From an uncultured Candidatus Saccharibacteria bacterium (GTDB lineage Bacteria > Patescibacteriota > Minisyncoccia > Phycocordibacterales > UBA9973): DNA of 54,212 nt. How positions within the stretch are numbered: position 1 is the stretch's first letter; every line of letters begins with the position of its first letter. This document shows, piece after piece, positions 42,348 through 50,470 of the stretch. The translations under genes and the position numbers were made by a program. The DNA lies in contig CAZCNB010000005.1 of NCBI GenBank assembly GCA_964500465.1, positions 1 to 54,212 on the forward strand. The letters run 5' to 3'. Under the pieces are notes generated by a model that saw nothing but the letters and a program-made list of their open reading frames with translations, made no database searches and was not told where the DNA came from.

Positions 42348-42353
42348 TTTAAA

Positions 42354-42950
42354 CTAGTTTCTATTAAAATTTTCCTCTATTACACTCCAATTTAAATTCT
42401 CAAAATAAGCTTCAATATATTTTTTCTTTTCTGAAGTAGAATAGTCGTATACATAAGCGTGCTCCCACATATCAAGAGCAAGTATCATCTTGCAACCATT
42501 GAGTTGCCCTAAATGTTGCTCATCAACCCAAGAAGCTAGGATTTTATCATCTTGTTTATCGTACCAAAGTATTGCCCATCCTACACCACGAGTAAGTGCA
42601 AGTCCGGTAAATTCTTTTACAAATTTTTCGTATGTACCAAAAAGTTCTAATAATCTTTTCCCTAGTTCACTCTCAGAGTTAAATGTTTTTGGACCACCAG
42701 AAAGAGAAGAAAAATAAACTTCATGGTTACGCATGCCGTTATATTCAAAACTAAATCTACGGAATAATTCTCCTACAATATAAGCATCTTTTTCAGTATC
42801 CAATACAGCCATTCTTTCCATGATCAAATTAGCATTCTTTACGTATCCTGCGTAGAGTTTCAAATGTTCTTCAATATTTTTTGCTGAGATTCCTTTAAGC
42901 TCACCAATATCAAATTTCTTTTCTTCAAATTTTTCCATAGGTTTTTTCAT
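42354..42950 (-). CDS. Fe/Mn-family superoxide dismutase
   Basis: HLKLYAGYV, NHEVYF, WAILWYD and DMWEHAYVYDY motifs. The start is uncertain: ATG 42950 or 42938, while the GTG at 42992 looks too long. Confidence 0.8.
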   Translation of the reverse strand: MKKPMEKFEEKKFDIGELKGISAKNIEEHLKLYAGYVKNANLIMERMAVLDTEKDAYIVGELFRRFSFEYNGMRNHEVYFSSLSGGPKTFNSESELGKRLLELFGTYEKFVKEFTGLALTRGVGWAILWYDKQDDKILASWVDEQHLGQLNGCKMILALDMWEHAYVYDYSTSEKKKYIEAYFENLNWSVIEENFNRN

Positions 42951-43067
42951 AAATCTTATCAATAAAAAAGTCCTCGGATCTCCTGTCCGCACTTGCGTGC
43001 TGGCAGACCAGACATTTTTTCTTGAAAAGATTTATTCTATTCTTAATGCTAATATATACAGTATATC

Positions 43068-43934
43068 ATGAAAAATATTCGCAAATATTTACCATATCTA
43101 TTGTTACTTTTTTTAGTAATATCTACTATTTATATATGTTATTTTTTATTTGGACATCAGAATAATACAAATATATTGAAAGTAGCGTATCTTGATATTG
43201 GGCAAGGAGATTCGATATATATTGAAGCTCCGAACGGAAAGCAAATGCTTATAGATGCAGGTCCTGGACCAGTTGTGTTATCAAAGTTATCAGAAGTTAT
43301 GCCATTTGCAGATAGATCACTCGATCTTGTTCTTACGACTCACACAGACGCTGATCATATAGGAGGATTTCCTTCAGTATTAGATAAATACAAAGTTGGC
43401 CAGATAGTTGAAAATGGAGCAGATAATACTACAAAGACTTATAAAAACCTTGAACAAAAAATAAAAGAAAAAAATATTAAAAAATTAGTTGCCCGACGGG
43501 GTATGAAAATAATTTTAGATAAAGATAAAAATATCTATTTTGATGTATTGTTTCCCGATCGAGATATTTCAAATCTTGATTCAAACGATGGATCGATAGT
43601 AGGGAAGCTTATTTATGGGAATGAGTCATTTATGTTTACTGGTGATGCGACTAAACTAACTGAGAATTTAATCATGGATAATGAAAGCAAAACGACTTTA
43701 CATTCTAACGTTTTAAAACTTGGTCACCATGGTTCAAAACATTCTACTAGTGATGTTTGGCTAAAAAATGTAAATCCAGACATTGCTATTATCTCTGCTG
43801 GACTCAAAAATAGATACGGACACCCACATCAGGAAGTAATCGACAAGTTAAATGATATACACATACCATATCTAAGCACGTATCAAAAAGGGACAATAAT
43901 ATTTAAAACAGATGGGATGAGTATATCCTACTAA
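43068..43934 (+). CDS. ComEC-type metallo-beta-lactamase domain protein with its own N-terminal TM anchor
   Basis: LDIGQGDSIYIE, THTDADHIGG, FTGDA, LGHHGS and RYGHPH motifs, as in the C-terminal domain of full-length ComEC. Confidence 0.8.
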   Translation: MKNIRKYLPYLLLLFLVISTIYICYFLFGHQNNTNILKVAYLDIGQGDSIYIEAPNGKQMLIDAGPGPVVLSKLSEVMPFADRSLDLVLTTHTDADHIGGFPSVLDKYKVGQIVENGADNTTKTYKNLEQKIKEKNIKKLVARRGMKIILDKDKNIYFDVLFPDRDISNLDSNDGSIVGKLIYGNESFMFTGDATKLTENLIMDNESKTTLHSNVLKLGHHGSKHSTSDVWLKNVNPDIAIISAGLKNRYGHPHQEVIDKLNDIHIPYLSTYQKGTIIFKTDGMSISY

Positions 43935-43963
43935 AATAAAATCCTCACTATTTTATGAGGATT

Positions 43964-44209
43964 TTATTTGATAACTCCAGCTTTTTTGAGGACATTGTAT
44001 GCACCTCTTTTGTTGATAGTTTTGATTGCTTGGGTTGATAGTACGAGAGGGAAGTATTTTTTAAGTTCAGGTACGTAAACACGCTTCTTTTGCAGGTTTA
44101 CATACTTGCGAACCTTGCCTGTTGGGTTGAATTTTGTAGCACGAACAACGTTAGAGTATCCTCCAGCTACTAATGAACCCTTTTTAGTTATTGCACAGAC
44201 TTTTGCCAT
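43964..44209 (-). CDS. rpmB: 50S ribosomal protein L28
   Basis: MAKVCAITKKGSLVAGGYSNVVRATKFNPTGKVRKYVNLQKK. Start trimmed to the MAKVC Met. Confidence 0.85.
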   Translation of the reverse strand: MAKVCAITKKGSLVAGGYSNVVRATKFNPTGKVRKYVNLQKKRVYVPELKKYFPLVLSTQAIKTINKRGAYNVLKKAGVIK

Positions 44210-44243
44210 ACGTGAGCCCCATGCTATCATATAAATCATACCT

Positions 44244-44873
44244 ATGCAAGCAGTAGACGGAATATTTTATGTAATAGTGCTAATCATGTCTGTTGTTGTC
44301 CATGAATTTGCTCATGGTTATAGTGCATATCTATTAGGAGATAATACAGCACGTCTTTCCGGTCGCCTTACTTTAAATCCACTCAAACACCTCGATCCAT
44401 TTGGATCAATTATACTTCCACTACTTCTGATATTGTCTCAAGCAGGATTTGTAATTGGATGGGCAAGACCAGTGCCATACAATCCTGATAATTTACGAAA
44501 TTTAAGAAAAGGAACTTTTATTGTTGCTTTTGCTGGTATTTTTGCAAACATAATCCTTGCACTATTTTTTGGTTTGCTTATAAGGTTTGCACCAATTCTC
44601 GGATTTTCAATATCTGAGTTCGGGTCTTTTTATAAAATAACTAGTATTATTGTCATTACTAATCTTGTACTTGCTGTATTTAACTTAATACCAATTCCAC
44701 CACTAGATGGATCTAAAATACTTTTCTCACTTCTTCCAGCAAGATTTCGAGACCTTGAGAACTTCTTTGAAAAATGGGGGATACTATTACTACTTTTCTT
44801 CATAATATTCTTATGGAGTAAGGTTGCCCCTGTTATATTCCTGGTCTTTTCATTTATAACAGGCATGCATTAA
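44244..44873 (+). CDS. Site-2 protease family (M50) zinc metalloprotease
   Basis: HEFAHG zinc motif within a TM, and NLIPIPPLDGSKI. Confidence 0.75.
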   Translation: MQAVDGIFYVIVLIMSVVVHEFAHGYSAYLLGDNTARLSGRLTLNPLKHLDPFGSIILPLLLILSQAGFVIGWARPVPYNPDNLRNLRKGTFIVAFAGIFANIILALFFGLLIRFAPILGFSISEFGSFYKITSIIVITNLVLAVFNLIPIPPLDGSKILFSLLPARFRDLENFFEKWGILLLLFFIIFLWSKVAPVIFLVFSFITGMH

Positions 44874-44979
44874 CTCATATACCATCTATACACTCCTTAT
44901 GTGTTATGGCCTTGCATTTTTAAATCCTATATAGTAAAGTATTCTGACTAGTCCAATTGCGACTATTTTTGTTTTAAAT

Positions 44980-45402
44980 ATGCCTACAATTAACCAATTG
45001 GTTCGAAAGAGCCGAAAAATCAACAGAAAGAAATCAAAAGCCGTAGCCCTCGCTCGCGGTTTTAACTCTATTAAGAATAAGCCAGTATTTTATCCTGCGC
45101 CTTTTAAACGTGGCGTATGTACAAAGGTTTCAACAACAACTCCAAAGAAACCTAACTCAGCTCTCCGAAAGATTGCCCGTGTTCGTCTTACAAACGGAAT
45201 GGAAGTTACTGCTTACATCCCAGGTGAAGGTCACAGCCTACAAGAACACTCAGTTGTTATGATCCGTGGTGGTCGTGTTAAAGACTTGATCGGAGTACGT
45301 TATCACGTTGTACGTGGAAGACTCGATGCAACAGGGGTAGAGAAGCGTCGCCAATCAAGAAGTCTATACGGTAACAAGAGACCAAAAGAAGCTAAGAAAT
45401 AA
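44980..45402 (+). CDS. rpsL: 30S ribosomal protein S12
   Basis: [10 protein letters not shown]...[10 protein letters not shown]...[22 protein letters not shown]. Confidence 0.95.
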   Translation: MPTINQLVRKSRKINRKKSKAVALARGFNSIKNKPVFYPAPFKRGVCTKVSTTTPKKPNSALRKIARVRLTNGMEVTAYIPGEGHSLQEHSVVMIRGGRVKDLIGVRYHVVRGRLDATGVEKRRQSRSLYGNKRPKEAKK

Positions 45403-45409
45403 TTAATAT

Positions 45410-45880
45410 ATGCGAAGAAAGATAAAAAATAGAAATATAGTTGAACCAGATATTGTCTACAACTCTCAAAAACTTGGGAAATTTATAAACAATATAATGC
45501 TTCATGGCAAGAAGGAAACTGCTCGTAAAGCTGTATATATGGCATTTGATTTAATCAAAGAAAAAACTGGCAATCCAAATCCACTTGAAGTTTTTGATAC
45601 TGCTATTAAAAATGCTGGTCCTCAAGTTGAAGTTCGTTCAAGACGCATTGGTGGTGCAAACTACCAAGTCCCTCGCGAAGTTCGTCCTGAAAGACGCCAA
45701 GCTTTAGCAATGCGTTGGATAATCCTTGCTGCAAGATCGAAAAAAGGTGCTCCGATCCATGAAAAACTTGCTGAAGAATTAATCCTTGCTTCAAAAAACG
45801 AAGGTTCTGCAGTCAAGAAACGCGACGATACTCACAAGATGGCAGAGTCAAACAAAGCATTCGCACACTTCGCTTGGTAA
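45410..45880 (+). CDS. rpsG: 30S ribosomal protein S7
   Basis: KFINNIMLHGKK, VEVRSRRIGGANYQVP and NKAFAHFAW. Confidence 0.95.
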   Translation: MRRKIKNRNIVEPDIVYNSQKLGKFINNIMLHGKKETARKAVYMAFDLIKEKTGNPNPLEVFDTAIKNAGPQVEVRSRRIGGANYQVPREVRPERRQALAMRWIILAARSKKGAPIHEKLAEELILASKNEGSAVKKRDDTHKMAESNKAFAHFAW

Positions 45881-45902
45881 TCTAAATTTATATAAATACC
45901 TC

Positions 45903-45935
45903 AAAAACTCCCTTTTTAGGGAGTTTTTGTTTTTT
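45903..45935 (+). terminator. Rho-independent terminator directly after rpsG
   Basis: aaaaactccc-ttttta-gggagttttt followed by gtttttt. Confidence 0.7.
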
Positions 45936-45979
45936 GACAAAATAGATATTTAATGTATATTTTTATAAAACAAAAGCTC

Positions 45980-46786
45980 ATGAAAAAAATCTTTAGATTC
46001 TTGATTTTCTTATTTTCTTATATAAACAGCAACGGACAAAGCAACCAAATCCTTGTTTCCTTACCTTTAGGTAAAAACGGTAAAGGAGTAACAAATTTTG
46101 GGGTATCCCATACAAGTGGAATTACTCATCCAGGTGAAACTGCTTATTCTGACACAGGGATCGCAAACCATTATTTCAAACTTCTTTCAAAAGAAGTTAA
46201 TCCAGAAAATGTTGTCCTTGTAGTAGAGTATCCAGAAACACCATATACAAAAGATATTGTTACTACTGACACCATACTCAGTGCTTGGATTACGCCTGAA
46301 ATAAGGAAGTTGGGTTTTACTAAGTGGATTGCTGCTGATCCCAGGAGTCAGAATGATAGTTATGCTTATCATACTTACAGACCATATTTAGCATACATAG
46401 CCAATAAGTATTTTTCTATACAGCAAATCAAAGACTCTATCGATTTCTGGGGTTTTCCAGAAATATCTTTTACACAAAAAGATTCAATCCCAAAGAATGT
46501 TGAGGACAGTTGTTTAAGAAATATATTGCCCGTAGCTGGTAATGTTATGTTTGAAATAAATATAAAAAAGATTTGCTTCTCTTTGAGGCTTGCCGGATAT
46601 ACTCCGGTGGTTGTAGCTGGTTCAGCCCATGTATTAGCACTCCGGGAGCCTTGTGTTATTCAAGTAGAAAATCTGGGAATGAAAAGCTTTGATTGGTTGT
46701 ATGAACAGCTCAACATAATAAAAGCTAATCGTTTCCTTATGAAATACTTCATGAAAAAGAACAATTTTATATTTACACCAAAATAA
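45980..46786 (+). CDS. Hypothetical secreted protein inserted between rpsG and fusA
   Basis: Signal-peptide-like MKKIFRFLIFLFSYINSNGQ. No recognisable family. It has its own flanking terminators. Confidence 0.45.
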   Translation: MKKIFRFLIFLFSYINSNGQSNQILVSLPLGKNGKGVTNFGVSHTSGITHPGETAYSDTGIANHYFKLLSKEVNPENVVLVVEYPETPYTKDIVTTDTILSAWITPEIRKLGFTKWIAADPRSQNDSYAYHTYRPYLAYIANKYFSIQQIKDSIDFWGFPEISFTQKDSIPKNVEDSCLRNILPVAGNVMFEINIKKICFSLRLAGYTPVVVAGSAHVLALREPCVIQVENLGMKSFDWLYEQLNIIKANRFLMKYFMKKNNFIFTPK

Positions 46787-46811
46787 TACTACTGCAAATA
46801 TATTGGCATAT

Positions 46812-46838
46812 GCCGGTCTCCCGAGACCGGCTTTTTTA
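46812..46838 (+). terminator. Rho-independent terminator after the inserted ORF
   Basis: gccggtctc-cc-gagaccggc followed by tttttt. Confidence 0.7.
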
Positions 46839-46839
46839 T

Positions 46840-46868
46840 TTGCAAAAACGCAGTGGATATTGTATATT
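46840..46868 (+). promoter_or_regulatory. Candidate promoter for fusA (TTGCAA-N17-TATATT)
   Basis: ttgcaa at 46840-45, a 17-nt spacer, tatatt at 46863-68. The ~50-nt leader contains a weak hairpin plus T-run at 46879-46901. Confidence 0.5.
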
Positions 46869-46921
46869 TGGGGGACATAGACACTCGTGTCTTTTTATTT
46901 TTATCAAGTAATTATATACAT

Positions 46922-49063
46922 ATGGAAAGAGATTATCCTTTAGAGAAAGTTAGAAATATTGGAATTATAGCCCACATCGATGCAGGAAAGACTACGACAA
47001 CAGAGCGTGTTCTTTTCTATACCGGTGTATCACACAAAATCGGTGAAGTTCACGATGGTGAGACTACAACAGACTGGATGGAACAAGAGCGTGAACGTGG
47101 TATCACTATCACATCTGCTGCTGTTACATGTTTCTGGACTCCTACATATGCTCCAACTGATAAGACTAAAAAGCATCGTTTCAATATTATCGATACTCCA
47201 GGACACATCGACTTCACAGTAGAAGTGAAGCGCTCTCTTCGTGTACTTGATGGTGCTGTAGTTGTTTTTGATGGAGTAGCTGGAGTTGAGCCTCAATCTG
47301 AGACCAACTGGCGTTATGCTGATGAAGCAAATGTTCCTCGCATCTGTTTTATAAACAAGCTTGATCGTACTGGTGCATCATTTGAACACTCATACAAAAC
47401 AATCTTAGATCGTCTTACAAAGAAAGCTGTACGAATGCAGATACCTATCGGGCTTGAAGATTCACATGAAGGAGTAGTTGATCTATTAAAAATGAAAGCT
47501 TACTACTTTGAAGGAGAGATGGGTAACAAAGTTATCGAAAAAGAAATTCCTGAAAACTTAAAAGCTGATGCTGAAAAATACCATGCAGAACTTATCGAAA
47601 AAATAGTTGAACAAGATGATGCTGTTATGACAGCATATCTTGAAGGAAAAGTTCCTGATCTTGATACTCTAAAGAAATTAATGAGAAAAGGGGTTATTGC
47701 AAATGAAATCTTCCCAGTATTTGCTGGAAGTGCTCTAAAAAATAAAGGTGTGCAATTAGTGCTTGATGCTGTTGTTGATTACCTACCTGCTCCTACAGAT
47801 ATTCCTCCAATTCCAGGAATTGATCCAAATACAGATGAACCAGTAGTTCGCAATGCTTCAGATTCTGAACCATTTGCAGCTCTTGCTTTTAAAGTTGCAA
47901 CTGATCCATTCGTAGGACAACTTATATTCTTCCGTGTTTATTCTGGAAGTGTTTCAGCTGGAAGTTATATTTACAATCCTCGCACTCGCAACAAAGAACG
48001 TCTAGGTCGCATACTTCGTATGCACGCAAACGATCGTGAAGAAGTTAAAAAAGTTTTCGCTGGAGAAATAGCCGCAGCAGTAGGACTAAAAGATACTATT
48101 ACTTCAGATACTATCTGCGACGAAGAGCACCCAGTAGAGCTAAACCGTATCATATTCCCAGAACCAGTTATCAACCTTCGTGTTGAACCAAAAACAAGAG
48201 CTGACCAAGAGAAAATGGGTATGGCACTCAACCGTCTTGCACAAGAGGATCCTACATTTAAAGTTTCTACTGATCCTGAAACAAACGAAACAATTATTGC
48301 AGGAATGGGCGAACTCCACCTTGAAATCATAGTTGATCGCATGAAGCGTGAATTTTCTGTTGAAACAAATGTTGGTAAACCTCAAGTTGCATACCGTGAG
48401 ACAATCACAGGAACTGCGGATGTAGAAGGTAAATACATCAAGCAATCTGGAGGCCGTGGAAACTATGGTCACGTACGTATTAAAGTTAAACCAATGGATC
48501 TTACTGTTGATGAAGATGATCTTCCAAAGAACGTAAAACGAGAAAAAGGATTTGAAATGATAAACAACATCAAAGGAGGTGTTATCCCTCAAGAATACAT
48601 ACCTGCTTGTGAAAAAGGATTCAAAGAAGGTTTAGATCGTGGAGTGCTTGCAGGATTCAAACTTGAAAACGTCTCAGTTGATCTATACGACGGAAGTTAC
48701 CACGATGTTGACTCAAACGAAATGGCTTTCAAGATTGCAGCTTCAATGGCAGTCCAAGATGCATGTAAGGTTGCAAAACCAGTTATCCTTGAACCTATGA
48801 TGAAAGTTGAAGTCATTACTCCAGATAAATTCATGGGAGATGTTACTGGAAGTCTATCTTCAAAGCGTGGAATTATCGAAGGAATGGAAGCTCGTGGTAT
48901 GAACCAAGTTGTGAAAGCAGTTGTGCCTCTATCTGAAATGTTCGGATATATGACATCGCTTCGTTCAATGACCGAAGGACGTGCAGGATTTACTATGGAA
49001 TTCCTACGTTATGATATTGTTCCTACAAACGTAGCGACAGCTATTATTGAATCTAGAAAATAA
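46922..49063 (+). CDS. fusA: Elongation factor G
   Basis: [29 protein letters not shown] and NKLDR. Full-length five-domain EF-G. Start trimmed to ATG 46922. Confidence 0.95.
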   Translation: MERDYPLEKVRNIGIIAHIDAGKTTTTERVLFYTGVSHKIGEVHDGETTTDWMEQERERGITITSAAVTCFWTPTYAPTDKTKKHRFNIIDTPGHIDFTVEVKRSLRVLDGAVVVFDGVAGVEPQSETNWRYADEANVPRICFINKLDRTGASFEHSYKTILDRLTKKAVRMQIPIGLEDSHEGVVDLLKMKAYYFEGEMGNKVIEKEIPENLKADAEKYHAELIEKIVEQDDAVMTAYLEGKVPDLDTLKKLMRKGVIANEIFPVFAGSALKNKGVQLVLDAVVDYLPAPTDIPPIPGIDPNTDEPVVRNASDSEPFAALAFKVATDPFVGQLIFFRVYSGSVSAGSYIYNPRTRNKERLGRILRMHANDREEVKKVFAGEIAAAVGLKDTITSDTICDEEHPVELNRIIFPEPVINLRVEPKTRADQEKMGMALNRLAQEDPTFKVSTDPETNETIIAGMGELHLEIIVDRMKREFSVETNVGKPQVAYRETITGTADVEGKYIKQSGGRGNYGHVRIKVKPMDLTVDEDDLPKNVKREKGFEMINNIKGGVIPQEYIPACEKGFKEGLDRGVLAGFKLENVSVDLYDGSYHDVDSNEMAFKIAASMAVQDACKVAKPVILEPMMKVEVITPDKFMGDVTGSLSSKRGIIEGMEARGMNQVVKAVVPLSEMFGYMTSLRSMTEGRAGFTMEFLRYDIVPTNVATAIIESRK

Positions 49064-49073
49064 TAAGTTCAAT

Positions 49074-49108
49074 AAAAAAGCCCCGGCCAGTGAAGGTCGG
49101 GGTTTTTT
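49074..49108. terminator. Bidirectional Rho-independent terminator (fusA and the convergent minus-strand gene)
   Basis: aaaaaag-ccccggcc-agtgaa-ggtcgggg-tttttt. The A-run and T-run flank the stem, so it can act on both strands. Confidence 0.75.
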
Positions 49109-49149
49109 GGTTGGGGCAAGTTTGATGCTTGCCCGGAATCCAGTTCTTC

Positions 49150-49629
49150 TTATTTCAGTTGTACGATGGCCACATCTTTCCAGGGAGTGTCGCTGTCGGC
49201 GCCGGGAGCATTGATCAGGTTATCGCTTTTATCTTTATAAAGCTGGTCCTGTTGGTCGGGGCTGTTGTCTGTCTGGATCACACCGCTGGTAGTTTTTGAT
49301 GCTGAGCCGCGGTCTTTGTCTTTAAGTGCCGCCTGGTCGCTTCTGCTGGTATTAACACCGGATACATCTTTGATACACGCCTGGGTGATGTTCTGGCTGG
49401 ATGCGATCCACTGGTCATTATTATTCGCCGGCTTGGTGGCGTAGGTCCACTGGGTTACATCGCAGGAAACATATTCGGCGTTCAGCAGCGGGGGCAGGGC
49501 ATCGTCCGAAGCATTGTAGCAGCTTTCAATTTTTACAGCTTTTTCTTTTGTACCGGCTTTAGCGGCAGGAGCATAAGCTATGGCGATCAAGAACGTCGCC
49601 AAGCAGCAGAATGAAAGGATTTTTTTCAT
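49150..49629 (-). CDS. Hypothetical secreted protein, compositionally atypical (GC-rich)
   Basis: Signal peptide MKKILSFCCLATFLIAIAYAPAAKA. About 48-53% GC in 49201-49320 by my count. No family recognised. Confidence 0.5.
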   Translation of the reverse strand: MKKILSFCCLATFLIAIAYAPAAKAGTKEKAVKIESCYNASDDALPPLLNAEYVSCDVTQWTYATKPANNNDQWIASSQNITQACIKDVSGVNTSRSDQAALKDKDRGSASKTTSGVIQTDNSPDQQDQLYKDKSDNLINAPGADSDTPWKDVAIVQLK

Positions 49630-49891
49630 GATTCTCTGATTTAATTGATGATTGTAAATTAGAACACTGGATTTTAAAAGATCTCCTAACCTTCTATTAG
49701 GTCATAACGAACCCACTAAGACTCTTTTTGAATTGGTCTTGGCCTATGGCGTATTGGGGTTGGTTTCCACTTTTCGAAGAAAGGACATTAATATAAATGT
49801 TACAGATTATATATATACTTGTCAATACCTCTCATTTTTTAAATGTTGATTAGCATGCTATAATTGCAAAATATAAGTTAAATTTTTTAGT

Positions 49892-50464
49892 ATGCAAAAT
49901 CAAAAAGGGAATGTGAGTATTATTGTTACTTTTATTATAGTCGCTTGTATTATAGGATTTGTTGTCTATGGATTACTAAACAAATCATCAGAAACTTCTA
50001 AAAATGAGGAAGTAACAGAAACAACAACCACAAATACATCTAATAAAACAGAAGTAAAAGAAGAAACAAAAGCTTCTACAAAAAATATGGATCAAACAAA
50101 AAGATTATTACCAAATTTCAAACCAATTAGTAAAGTATCTTCTCTAGAGAAAATTGATACAGTTGTAGGAACGGGAGAAGAAGTAAAAGCTGGTGCAACA
50201 GTAAGCGTGCATTATACTGGAGCAGTAGCTGCAACTGGGGAAGTGTTTCAATCTTCAAAAGATTTTGGCACAAACCCAATTACGTTTCCTCTATCTGGAG
50301 TTATAAAAGGATGGACTGATGGAATTCCTGGAATGAAAGTTGGAGGAACTCGTCGATTGGTTATACCAGCAGCTCAAGCATATGGTGCTACTCCTCCACC
50401 AGGAAGTGGAATCCCTGCAAACGCTGATCTTGTGTTTGACGTAGAACTAATTGCAATAAAATAG
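49892..50464 (+). CDS. Membrane-anchored FKBP-type peptidyl-prolyl cis-trans isomerase
   Basis: N-terminal TM; VSVHYTG...GEVFQSS...GVIKGWTDGIPGMKVGGTRRLVIPAAQAYG...LVFDVELI. Confidence 0.85.
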   Translation: MQNQKGNVSIIVTFIIVACIIGFVVYGLLNKSSETSKNEEVTETTTTNTSNKTEVKEETKASTKNMDQTKRLLPNFKPISKVSSLEKIDTVVGTGEEVKAGATVSVHYTGAVAATGEVFQSSKDFGTNPITFPLSGVIKGWTDGIPGMKVGGTRRLVIPAAQAYGATPPPGSGIPANADLVFDVELIAIK

Positions 50465-50470
50465 TTATAT

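Noticed and set aside
41753-42353. RNase P RNA, tmRNA, SRP RNA or 6S RNA in the long ORF-free gap
   Set aside because: I could not find hallmark motifs on either strand: the GGAAAGUCCGG-type RNase P core, a tmRNA tRNA-like end with a tag ORF, or the SRP GGAAGCAGCC helix 8. It is kept as an open question in the findings rather than called as a feature.
42950-42992. N-terminal extension of the SOD ORF from GTG 42992
   Set aside because: The extension (MRTGDPRTFLLIRF) is not SOD-like. Internal ATGs at 42950 and 42938 give a protein of normal length.
1038-48592. Numerous antisense or alternative-frame ORFs nested in recognisable genes
   Set aside because: The ORFs concerned are 1038-1316, 8179-8514, 11239-11619, 19950-20381, 22954-23337, 34010-34429, 36839-37234, 41371-41742, 47971-48342 and 48140-48592. 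Each lies wholly inside a gene with strong family signatures, has odd composition (Ser/Ile/Phe/Leu-rich) and lacks start context. They are expected by chance in AT-rich DNA with few stop codons on the antisense strand.
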